Assembly: GCA_963801605.1 (NCBI GenBank)
Contig: CAWDFP010000006.1
Location: 608,001-672,000 of the forward strand
Length of the DNA: 64,000 nt
Direction: 5' to 3'
Origin: an uncultured candidate division Zixibacteria bacterium
GTDB lineage: Bacteria > Zixibacteria > MSB-5A5 > UBA10806
The position numbers and the translations under genes are program-made. The notes under the pieces were generated by a model. That model was not told the origin of the DNA. It searched no databases and worked only from the letters and a program-made list of their open reading frames with translations. Every line of letters begins with the position of its first letter. The stretch's first letter is position 1. Below are positions 51,109 through 60,738 of the stretch, piece after piece.

Positions 51109-53870
51109 ATGAAAAAAACGATTTTACATTCAATAATTGTAATCCTCTTTTTTACGGTGACCACTGAGGCGCTTCCTCCCAGATATCACACCTATACCGG
51201 CGCCGTGACGGAGCTTCAAGCGCTGGTGACCGCCAACCCGGGCATCTGTCGCCTTGATTCGATAGGCTATTCCAACAGGGATTCCCTTGCGATCTATGCG
51301 CTTAAAATTTCCGATAATGTTACGTCCGATGAGGACGAACCTGCGATTCTCTTTTGCGGCGGCGCGCATGCCGATGAAATCCTGGGTCCGGAGATTGTAA
51401 TGACTTTCTGTCAGGACTTAATTGCTAAATATAATGCCGGAGATACCGCTGTCATAACCTATGTGGATAATTTTGAAATATACTGCGTCCCCTTTGTCAA
51501 TCCTGAGGGGCATATAGTTGTTGAGGAAGGCGATACCGACTGGCGAAAGAATAAAACTGACAATAACGCCAATGGAATATTCGACTTACCAGGACGGCGT
51601 TGACAATAACCGCAATTATGATTTTGCCTGGGAGTTGGATAACACTCCGGGCGGCCTGACTCCCGAAAGCTTAATGTATAAAGGGCCTTATCCTTTTTCG
51701 GAATCGGAAAGCCGGGCCTTGCGGGATCTCGGGCAAAAATATAAACCGATAATCGCTCTTGACTACCATTCACCTACCTATGGACCATCGGAAATTGTCT
51801 ACTACTGTTGGAACTGGAGCCAACATGGTGGAAATTCTCCCGACACCCCAACCATGCGGGAGATTGGTTCTCATTATGCAGGATCGATTCTCAAAGACGA
51901 CAATGTTCATAGCTACGCGCTCGGGGCCGGCGTAGTCAACAAGGGGGATTTTAAAACCTACTTTTATGGAAATTTCGGCACCGCTGCATTTACAATTGAG
52001 GTCTCGGATACGACAATCCAGGACACGTCCCTGGTGGATTCAATATGCGGGAGAAATTTGGCCGGAATTTATTATCTTCTTGGACGTTCAGGGCATGCTC
52101 GTCTTTCCGGAGTTGTAACTGATTCTATTACCTGGGCGCCGCTTGTGGCTGCTGTGGAAGTGCTGGAGGCTACCGGCGACGAAATTAATCCGCGATATAC
52201 ACGCGAAGGAAGCGGAAGGTATGACCGTTTAATGAACCCCGGCGTTTATACTCTTCGGATCACTAAGGACGGTTATGCCGCAAGGACAATTGATAGCGTT
52301 ATTGTTTCAAACGAATTCGTGACTATATCAAATGTTCAATTAACTCCTGAACTTGCAGCCCCTGTTTTGTTGAGTCCGGCTGACAGATTCGCTTTTTGTC
52401 AGGATTCGATAGCGCTTAATTTTAACTGGAGAGAATGTGCCAATGCCGACGGCTATTTTATTGAAATAGCAGTCGATTCCTTATTCGAAAATCCAGTCGA
52501 ATCCGATACCGTATTTTCATCAACCATTTATAGAAATGCTGCCGCGTTTGAAATTGGCAGATACTTTTGGCGGGTAACATCATTTAATCAATACTCTAAT
52601 CCAAAACTTTGCGAGAGACCCTGGAGCTTTGTATTAAACCAGGCGCCATCGCCTCCAATGGTACTCTTACCTCCCAATAATTTTTCAATTGATACCTTAT
52701 CGCTCCTTTGCTGGCAAACAGGAGCGGATCCCTGATAGTCTCGATGCTCTGAGCTACACAATAGAAGTTGACGATGATTCGGCCTTTGGCTCCTGCGTGA
52801 TAACACAATCGGGTCTGGGCCGAGGTTATATTTCGCCCTCGCTTTGTGCCGCGGCTGGCAATTAGGCGGTTTTAGAAACCTGATAGTCGACACCAAATAT
52901 TTTTGGCGCGTGAGAACGGTCGATAGCTATAATATTCCATCTGCCTGGACTGATGGACGAAGCTACTTTGTTTTCATGGCGCAGAACCATCCGCCCTTGC
53001 CACCCGATTCAGCTTTTATACCATCAAATGGAAATCAGGCAGCTTCGCTCACGCCAATAATCTCATGGGCATCGGCATTCGATCCAAATTACGATGATTC
53101 ATCAAGTACGCTTGTTTATATATTGGAATATGGTGAAGATTCATTGCTATGGAATAACTCCCGAATAGATACCACATCTATTGGGGATTCTTTTTTGATG
53201 ACCGATTCCCTGAGAGATAATAACCATTATTTTTATCGTGTAAAAACGCTTGACGATGGCGGATTGTCCTCGGACTGGTCATTTGTTCAGGATTTTTGGA
53301 CTAATGCTATCAACACGCCCCCGGAACCGTTTTTGCTTTATAGTCCGGAAAATGGGGTCAGGCAAGTTCTCTTTTATACCAGCTTTATTTGGGGCACAAC
53401 AATAGACTCCGATCCGAATTCGAGTTTCACCTATACATTGGAATATTCCTCCGACAGCTTGTTTGAAGGATCAAAACGCGATTTATCAGGGATTGTTGAT
53501 ACATCTCTTGCTGTCATCACCGATTCCCTGGCGACGATTCTCACAAAAATTATTTTGGAGAATTAAGGCAATCGATAACGAAAGCCTGGTGAGAATCGGC
53601 GGTATTGACGAAGATTTTCGAACTTTGAATATTTTACCGCCCGGTGACGCCAATTCCAGCGGAGCTACAAACGGAGTCGATGTCATATATCTCGTAAATT
53701 ATCTTAAAGGAGTTGGCCCCGCGCCATCCCCACTTTTAGCCGGCGATGCTAACGGCAATTGCCAGACCAATGGCCTCGATGTTACATATTTAGTTAGTTA
53801 TATGAAAGGTTTTGGGTCGGCACCGTTCAGGGGCAACTGCGAATTACCTTATCTTCCGAGGCACCCATAG
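51109..53870 (+). CDS. Secreted M14 zinc carboxypeptidase with CarboxypepD_reg, FN3-like repeats and C-terminal dockerin-like domain (several indels)
   Basis: HADE, WRKN, DNNRNY, LDYHS and FTIE motifs; YFWRV/YFYRV repeats; GDANSSG..NGVDVIYLVNYL duplicated; split over four or more frames. Confidence 0.85.
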
Positions 53871-54176
53871 AAAAAGATCGAAATCAATAGTTCCATCGAG
53901 ATTGAATTTAATTCCCTCTTTAGAAAGAAGTCTCCGTTGCGTCTCATATCCTTTTCCCCGCGGCAGCGAGATTCGTCCGGAACTGTTTATCACCCGCTGC
54001 CAGGGAAGCTTATCCTTACGAGATGATGAGTGCAGAAGCCAGGCTACCTGCCGGGCTGCCATCGGATTTCCGGCCAATGCTGCAATCTGTCCATAGGTCG
54101 CAACTTTGCCACTGGGGATTTTTTTAATTATCCCCCTTAAGCGATCTGTAAATGAGACTTCCTTGATTTGTTTCAT
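53844..54176 (-). CDS. atl: Alkyltransferase-like protein (Atl/YbaZ)
   Basis: IPSGKVATYGQIA...ARQV...PWQRV (Trp replaces the catalytic Cys), Q..LL..EG. Confidence 0.88.
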   Translation of the reverse strand: MKQIKEVSFTDRLRGIIKKIPSGKVATYGQIAALAGNPMAARQVAWLLHSSSRKDKLPWQRVINSSGRISLPRGKGYETQRRLLSKEGIKFNLDGTIDFDLFLWVPRKIR

Positions 54177-54264
54177 AAACTCTCTTTCAATATTTAAAAC
54201 ACCTATCGAAAAAAATCAATAAAGTAAATTTAGCGCAATCGTATTGGCATCGTAATTCTATGCC

Positions 54265-54437
54265 GCCGCGGGTTCCGCCCGCCCCGATGAAATCGGGGCG
54301 CGGAAATCCGATCGATCCCATTTGGATATCAAATATGACGTATTTTCCCGGTGATATTAGAAATTGCAGTTAGAATTCAAGTTCGGATTTCCATCTTTTA
54401 TCCCGATTTTATCGGGATAAAAGGCGGAACCCGCGGC
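54265..54437. repeat. Structured four-way-junction intergenic element, copy 2
   Basis: P1 54265-54278/54424-54437; P2 54280-54288/54292-54300; P3 54302-54311/54383-54392; P4 54395-54407/54411-54423. Confidence 0.85.
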
Positions 54438-54625
54438 CAAGCATAGCCCGGAAATTTCTTCCCAAATCCAGGATATTTTCTTCCGGTTTAGCTGCGAAAA
54501 ACGACACATCTAAAAGGATATTATTATCAGAACAGCATAATTCGCAACGATTTACGCCGAGCGATTAAGTTTGGCATCAAGTTTGTCTTAGATACCCCAT
54601 AGAAATGAAAAATGGAGGTAAAAAA

Positions 54626-56983
54626 ATGGGCAAAAAAGCAATAGGCCTTGTTTTGATATTGGTCCTTGGTTTTAGCCTGGCAAATGCGCAGTTGACACCC
54701 GATCAGGAGAAGCTTAAAGAAGAATTCCTGAAGCAGCGTCAAACCAGCACCGATCCAGTTCAGCCAACGTTAATCGAACAATACAAAAGTCCAGTCGAAT
54801 TAAATAATCAGACCGACGATTTCTATAAACCCGCCGAGGAAATCCCTCAATCAGCCCCGATCGCTTCTGAAACGCCAAATCGGCAGGACATAACGGAAGA
54901 ACAGCTGAAGATATTCGGATATAACTTGTTCGATGGTACACCGGAAAGCTTTTCGCCGGTGTTAGAGGCTACTCCTCCGCCAGATTATAAATTGGGGCCA
55001 GGCGACAATGTTCTGGTGAATATCTGGGGACGAGTTGATATGCAGCTTGACCTAACCATCGATCGCGAAGGTAAAATCTTTATTCCCAAGGTTGGAGAAA
55101 TTTCGGCTTGGGGAATAACCTTAGATCAATTCAAGGACCTTGTCGGTACCAGACTATCCGCCATTTACAGCGGTTATGAGTTTTCCGTAACATTGGGGAA
55201 AATTCGGCGCATTAAGGTCTTTGTATATGGCGAGGTAAAAAGACCCGGCGGATATACAACATCATCGCTGGCCACTCTTTTCAACGCTCTCTATCTGGCG
55301 GGCGGTCCAACCGAAACCGGAAGCCTGCGTTGTATCCGGCATATCAGAAGCAGCAAGATTGTGGCACAAATTGACCTTTACCGTTTTCTCATCGATGGCG
55401 ATAACTCGCAAGACAGCAAACTGGAATCGGGCGATGTGATTTTTGTGCCGGTCAGCGGGCCATTGGTAAAAATCTCGGGCCAGGTCAAACGTCCGGCTAT
55501 TTACGAATTGGCCGGAAATGAAAAGATAAGCGATTTGATCGCACTGGCTGGCGGCTCCACCGCCGAGGCTTTTATGGAAATGGTCAGTGTAGATCGAGTT
55601 GGTAAGGAGGACAGCCGCATTATTGCCGATGTAGACCTTTCGGAAAAGCTGAAGGCATCAGATCTGGCGGCTTATTCCAAATCCGATCTGGTATTAAAAG
55701 ACGGCGACCGTCTAAAGGTTCCATCAGTTTACGATTTGCGAAAGAATACAGTCAAGCTTATGGGAAACGTAAAGCATCCCGGAGTTTTTGGCCTGACAGA
55801 TTCTATGAAAGTTTCTGACCTGATCGATCATGGTGAGCAATTCCGTCGCGACACATATACCAAACGCGCCAACTTATTCCGTACTTTTCCCGATCAGCGG
55901 CGCGAGGTTTATCCAGTGATACTCGATGAGATTCTATCGGGAATCGATTCGACAAATTACCATCTGATCGATAAAGACAGCCTCGTTATCTATTCTCAAA
56001 ATGATATTCGTCGAGATATGTCGGTCACCATTTCGGGTGCCGTAAAACGTCCCGGAACCTATGAATATTTCGAGAACATGAGACTCTCCGATCTGATATT
56101 TCTGGGCGGAAATCCACTCAAACAATCGTATTTACTTCAGGCGGAAATTGCCCGGGTCGTACCGGGAAAGCCGGCCGAGCTTCTTCATGTTAATCTCGAC
56201 AAAATATTAAACGGCAGTGATTCCTCGCAAGATGTTCTATTGGCCGAGGATGATATTGTTTTTATTCGTAGCATACCTCGCTATCGTCTTTCCAACAACG
56301 TTACCATCGAAGGTGAGGTCATGTTTCCCGGCGTTTATGAGATTACGAAAGAAAATGAGAGGCTTACCGATCTTCTCAAGCGATGCGGCGGATTTACTCC
56401 CGATGCTTTCCCCAGGGGTTTGATTTATGAACGCCCCACAATAGCGGAAGAAGTCGAAAAACGTCAAGCCCGCACCATTTTGGCTTCGACGGAGCAAACG
56501 ATTCTGGATAGCCTCAATCGCCCCATTCCCAAGTTAGATCAAACGCTTGATATTAAAGGCGCCAACCGCGTCATCATAAATACCGAGGAAGCCTTGAAAA
56601 AGCCCGGCTCCTCCGATGATGTAGTTTTGGAACGTGGCGACCGCATTTATATCCCGGCCAGGCCGGTCGGCGTTCAGGTTCTCGGAGCGGTGGCTTTCAA
56701 CGGAACCGTGGTATTTAAAAAAGGTGAAAAAATTAATTATTTCATCAAAGCCAGCGGCGGATTTTCCACCGATGCTGACAAAGGCCAAACTCGCCTGGCA
56801 AAAGCCAACGGCCGTATTTTTGCTGGCGGACAGGCATTCGGCGCCAAAGTGGAGGCCGGCGATATGGTCATAGTCCCCCAAAAGCTCAAACGCGAAAAGA
56901 ACTGGTTCAAGTCAACGACGACCATCGCAGCTATAGCCAGCTCTGTGCTGTCCGCCTACCTGATAGTCACCAGGGTCAAGTAG
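54626..56983 (+). CDS. SLBB-domain polysaccharide export protein (KpsD/Wza-like)
   Basis: FGYNLF, YKLGPGD, IDREGKIFIPKVG, multiple GEVKRPG.Y SLBB repeats; SD ggagg before ATG 54626. Confidence 0.92.
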   Translation: MGKKAIGLVLILVLGFSLANAQLTPDQEKLKEEFLKQRQTSTDPVQPTLIEQYKSPVELNNQTDDFYKPAEEIPQSAPIASETPNRQDITEEQLKIFGYNLFDGTPESFSPVLEATPPPDYKLGPGDNVLVNIWGRVDMQLDLTIDREGKIFIPKVGEISAWGITLDQFKDLVGTRLSAIYSGYEFSVTLGKIRRIKVFVYGEVKRPGGYTTSSLATLFNALYLAGGPTETGSLRCIRHIRSSKIVAQIDLYRFLIDGDNSQDSKLESGDVIFVPVSGPLVKISGQVKRPAIYELAGNEKISDLIALAGGSTAEAFMEMVSVDRVGKEDSRIIADVDLSEKLKASDLAAYSKSDLVLKDGDRLKVPSVYDLRKNTVKLMGNVKHPGVFGLTDSMKVSDLIDHGEQFRRDTYTKRANLFRTFPDQRREVYPVILDEILSGIDSTNYHLIDKDSLVIYSQNDIRRDMSVTISGAVKRPGTYEYFENMRLSDLIFLGGNPLKQSYLLQAEIARVVPGKPAELLHVNLDKILNGSDSSQDVLLAEDDIVFIRSIPRYRLSNNVTIEGEVMFPGVYEITKENERLTDLLKRCGGFTPDAFPRGLIYERPTIAEEVEKRQARTILASTEQTILDSLNRPIPKLDQTLDIKGANRVIINTEEALKKPGSSDDVVLERGDRIYIPARPVGVQVLGAVAFNGTVVFKKGEKINYFIKASGGFSTDADKGQTRLAKANGRIFAGGQAFGAKVEAGDMVIVPQKLKREKNWFKSTTTIAAIASSVLSAYLIVTRVK

Positions 56984-56992
56984 GGGAACAAT

Positions 56993-58093
56993 ATGGATAG
57001 AATGACATTAAAAAACGCACCTGCGGAAAAACCATCGATCCTCTGGGATTCATTCATACTCCCGATACTGAAATATAAGAAAATGACCTATATCATTGTC
57101 TCGGTTACTGTGTTGACTACCCTGGTAATCTGCCTGCTGCTTAAAAATCAATATACATCGACAGCGTCAATTCTTCCAACGGGACCATCCGGGATTTCAT
57201 CAGAACTCAAGGATCTGGCGGCAGGTTCGCTCGGCGAACTGGGCCTGGGTGCATCCGGCGAAGCACCGGAAAACTCATCGGCTCTGTTTCCCAACGTATT
57301 AGATAGTCGTTTGATCTCGGAAAAAATTCTCCGCCGCACCTATAGCTTTAATGACAAGAACCGGCAGATATCTCTCAAGCTTGAGGAATATATTGATAAG
57401 CCCAATATGGATAAAGCGGTGCGAGCTTTGAAAAAAATCGTGGTAATTAACACTGATAAGAAAACCGGAGTAATCGCGCTCTCCGTAACCACGGAATACC
57501 CGGAACTATCAGCTACAGTCGTTCACGCCTATCTCGAAGAACTTGATGATTACAATATTTTTCACCGCCAATCGTCGGCGACCGAGAACGAAAAGTTTAC
57601 CGCTAAACGATTGCTGCAGATTAAATCCGAACTGGCTGCCACTGAGGATACACTGAGATCGTTTAAGGAAGCCAATATGAATTATATGGTTTCAAGCGAT
57701 CCTCTCCTACAGCTTGAGCTTTCACGTCTGCAGCGGGAAGTTGATCTCAAAGCCTCGCTTTATCTTTCTCTCGCACAACAAAACGAGATGGCTAAGGTCG
57801 AGGCGGTTAAAGACATCCCGGTGGTGCAGGTGCTCGACAGGGGTTCCGTGCCTCTTGAAAAAAGCTCACCTCGTCGAAGCGTTTATATGATCGCAGCTTT
57901 ATTGGGATCACTTTGTTTCTCGATATTCTTAAGCCTTTGGTTCGATCTATCCCTGAAGCGCGGCCTCAATCGCGAATTCAGAAAAATAGCGGAAGCGCCG
58001 GGAATTCACTTGAATAAAATCGAATCGCGAATTGCGGGCAAGCTCGTTAGGATCGCGGATATTATCGAAAAAAATCAAAACCAATCACGATAG
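56993..58093 (+). CDS. Wzz/Wzc-type chain-length determinant (GNVR domain)
   Basis: Two TMs flanking a coiled coil, YTSTASILP, VQVLD...P.EKSSPRR. Confidence 0.88.
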   Translation: MDRMTLKNAPAEKPSILWDSFILPILKYKKMTYIIVSVTVLTTLVICLLLKNQYTSTASILPTGPSGISSELKDLAAGSLGELGLGASGEAPENSSALFPNVLDSRLISEKILRRTYSFNDKNRQISLKLEEYIDKPNMDKAVRALKKIVVINTDKKTGVIALSVTTEYPELSATVVHAYLEELDDYNIFHRQSSATENEKFTAKRLLQIKSELAATEDTLRSFKEANMNYMVSSDPLLQLELSRLQREVDLKASLYLSLAQQNEMAKVEAVKDIPVVQVLDRGSVPLEKSSPRRSVYMIAALLGSLCFSIFLSLWFDLSLKRGLNREFRKIAEAPGIHLNKIESRIAGKLVRIADIIEKNQNQSR

Positions 58094-58127
58094 AAAAGTG
58101 CCAACAAAAAAAAATAGAGAGAATGTC

Positions 58128-59294
58128 ATGGAAAAAAGACTTGTAAGAATTAATCAGGTGGCTATGGATATTGAAAAGCCGCCACAAACTTGTCCCGGGA
58201 TTTTACCGATTCCGGGTCTCTTAAAGCTTGATGAAAATGAAAATACGGTGGGGCCATCCCTAAAAATCAGCGAGGCTATAGGGGAACATATTCGGTCTCG
58301 ACCGCTCAATTGGCATGGCGCTGGCATTTCAGAAATCAAACTCAAGGAAAAGCTTTCCACCCATTTGGCTCTTCCCAGAGAGGCGATAAGTTGTTTTAAC
58401 GGTTCGATGGCGGCCCTTGAATGCATCGCCCGAACTTATCTCGAACCAGGCGTTGAAATTCTAATTGATACCCCCTGTGATGAAATGGTTGTGGCGATGG
58501 CTCAAAGCACCGGAGCCAGGGTGACAAGGGCAATTCATGGCGATCCCCTGGAGCCACAGGTTGAGACGCTGGTTAATTACATTAATCCAAAAACCAAAAT
58601 AATATTTCTATCAAACCCCAATGAGCTTTGCGGGGCAACATACAACGAATCCGAAATCGTTTTCCTGTTAGCTTATGCTGAACGAATTATGGTGGTGGTG
58701 CAAGAGGAGTTTGTGGAATTCTCTGGAGTTAGTATCGCTGACCTGGCTATGAGATTTCCTAATCTGGTGGTAATTAGATCATTTTCGAACGCTTTTGGAT
58801 TGGCCTCGCTCGAAGCGGCTTATATTGTCACCGATCCCGAGAATCTGGAATATATCGAGCGCCTGAAATTCTCAAATGGCTTAAGCGGATTTGCCGGCTC
58901 GGCAGCCTGCGTCGCGCTTGAGGACCTCAGCAGTCTGAAAGCCTATATTCATTCGGTAGAACAATCAAAAAAGATTATTCTTTCGAATTTGCCTCAAACA
59001 GGCTATCGATTCAGATTAAATCCGGGCAATTTTCTTTTGTTGCACGTTTCCGATTGTTCTGAAGCGATCAGATTGCTTGAAGAGGAACGGGTAATAGTGC
59101 GCGACCTCTCGTCCAGCGAGAAGTTCGAGGGATACCTGCGAATAACACTCGGTACGCCGGCCCAAACTGAAATGCTCCTTCTGGCACTGGGCAGATTGGC
59201 AGAGAAGCTTGCCACCGGAATGAACCGCGGCTTCGCGGAGAAAACAGTTAATCGTCCGGCTCGCCGACTCAGGGAAATGGCAAGCGTTAGATAG
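58128..59294 (+). CDS. HisC-like class I/II aminotransferase homolog lacking canonical PLP residues
   Basis: LKLDENEN, FNGS, SNPN and YLRITLG are present, but VQEEF replaces DEAY and RSFSNAFGLASLE replaces RTFSKAxGLAGLR. Confidence 0.8.
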   Translation: MEKRLVRINQVAMDIEKPPQTCPGILPIPGLLKLDENENTVGPSLKISEAIGEHIRSRPLNWHGAGISEIKLKEKLSTHLALPREAISCFNGSMAALECIARTYLEPGVEILIDTPCDEMVVAMAQSTGARVTRAIHGDPLEPQVETLVNYINPKTKIIFLSNPNELCGATYNESEIVFLLAYAERIMVVVQEEFVEFSGVSIADLAMRFPNLVVIRSFSNAFGLASLEAAYIVTDPENLEYIERLKFSNGLSGFAGSAACVALEDLSSLKAYIHSVEQSKKIILSNLPQTGYRFRLNPGNFLLLHVSDCSEAIRLLEEERVIVRDLSSSEKFEGYLRITLGTPAQTEMLLLALGRLAEKLATGMNRGFAEKTVNRPARRLREMASVR

Positions 59295-59319
59295 TAAAGC
59301 TGCGGGCAAGAGAACAACG

Positions 59320-60738
59320 ATGAGATCGGTCTTACAGGTTTTCTCCTTTAATATTGTATCCAAAATTATCATGGGTATAACTGGTATTTTGCTTATCCGA
59401 TACATGAGCCTCGGAGAATATGCCAGTTTTACTTTCGCTTTTTCGATTATGATGGTGGTCACTCAGGCTTTTACGGTCAGCCTGAACAGAATCTATATAG
59501 TTGGCCAACGGAATCTGCATCTTTCAGATTCATCATCCCCTTTTCTGGGATTTCAGTTGATGGTAATTCTTGTCCTGGCCATAGCGACGTATCCTTTTGT
59601 CGCTGGGTCAAGAAACCTCTATTGGTTTACGACTGCGGCAATTGTGGCTACCTGCTTTTCGGAGTTTACCAAAACATTCTTTCAGGAAAAGATGAAGTTC
59701 AAAAGCTTTTCCGCTGTTGAAATTTGCCGAACCGTTCTAATTACAATTGGAACCTTACTCGCCATTTATTTCCTGGGAAGCAAGCTTACGGCCTGGCAGG
59801 TGCTTGGCATACAGGCCGTGGCCATGAGTTTGATTTTTCTGGCGGCCTTTGGCAGACAACTGAACATTGGCGAACTCCTGAAGATCAGCAGGGTACTTGG
59901 CCTGGCCCGGACCATAATCAAAGGACAATTCGTTTTCCTCTTCGGCTATTATTTTCTCTTTTCGTTTTTCGGCCAGCTCGATGTCTTTATGCTGAGATTT
60001 CTTTCCAATGACGCTACGGTGGCGACATATGGTTCAGCATTTAGATACTATACCCTGGTGATAATGGCATTAGGGTCGGCTCACACGGTACTCCTTCCAA
60101 TGACCCAAAAAGCGCAAAGTGTCGATGAGTTAAGAACAATATTCAGGAAATTCAAGAAACTTGTCTTTGTGTTCGCCCCGGTAGTGCTATTGGGCGCCTG
60201 GGCCTCGATGTGGATCATTCCTGCCATCGATGCCGGCAAGTATCCGCAGGCGGTTATGGTATTCCGTATCCTGGCTATCTCAGCAATCTTCTCTTTTGCT
60301 TTAAGCCCGCATGTAAATTTGGTTATGCGCTTTGAAAAGTTCAAGTTCCTCTTTTTCGCTGTAATCGTGGCGGCGGCGATCAGCATTGTTTTGAACATCT
60401 TCCTGGTGCCGCTTTGGGGCGCTGTGGGCACCGCAATTTCGACATTCGTCTCATTCGGATATGTAAATGGCATGGTCTATCTGAAAGCAAAACGTCTTAT
60501 GAATCAAAATGTATCTCTTCCGGGTGAGCCTGATTCCGAAATCAAGCCCGCTGAAACATCGGCTCAACCGATGAAAAACGAGATTAAGCATCAAGGAAAA
60601 ATATGGCAGTCCGCGTCCCTATATCCTAAAGCTTCGTGCGAAAGCCAAAGAATATATCAAAAAGCTGAGGGCATCCGTCAAAGTATTGGAAATCGAAAAA
60701 TTCTATGCCAAACGCTGGCGCGGCGAACTGCCCGATAA
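59320..60738 (+). CDS. wzx: Wzx-type polysaccharide flippase (true 3' end probably near 60575)
   Basis: About 12 TMs, QLDVFML...ATYGSA, LVPLWGAVGTAIST. Confidence 0.85.
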   Translation: MRSVLQVFSFNIVSKIIMGITGILLIRYMSLGEYASFTFAFSIMMVVTQAFTVSLNRIYIVGQRNLHLSDSSSPFLGFQLMVILVLAIATYPFVAGSRNLYWFTTAAIVATCFSEFTKTFFQEKMKFKSFSAVEICRTVLITIGTLLAIYFLGSKLTAWQVLGIQAVAMSLIFLAAFGRQLNIGELLKISRVLGLARTIIKGQFVFLFGYYFLFSFFGQLDVFMLRFLSNDATVATYGSAFRYYTLVIMALGSAHTVLLPMTQKAQSVDELRTIFRKFKKLVFVFAPVVLLGAWASMWIIPAIDAGKYPQAVMVFRILAISAIFSFALSPHVNLVMRFEKFKFLFFAVIVAAAISIVLNIFLVPLWGAVGTAISTFVSFGYVNGMVYLKAKRLMNQNVSLPGEPDSEIKPAETSAQPMKNEIKHQGKIWQSASLYPKASCESQRIYQKAEGIRQSIGNRKILCQTLARRTAR

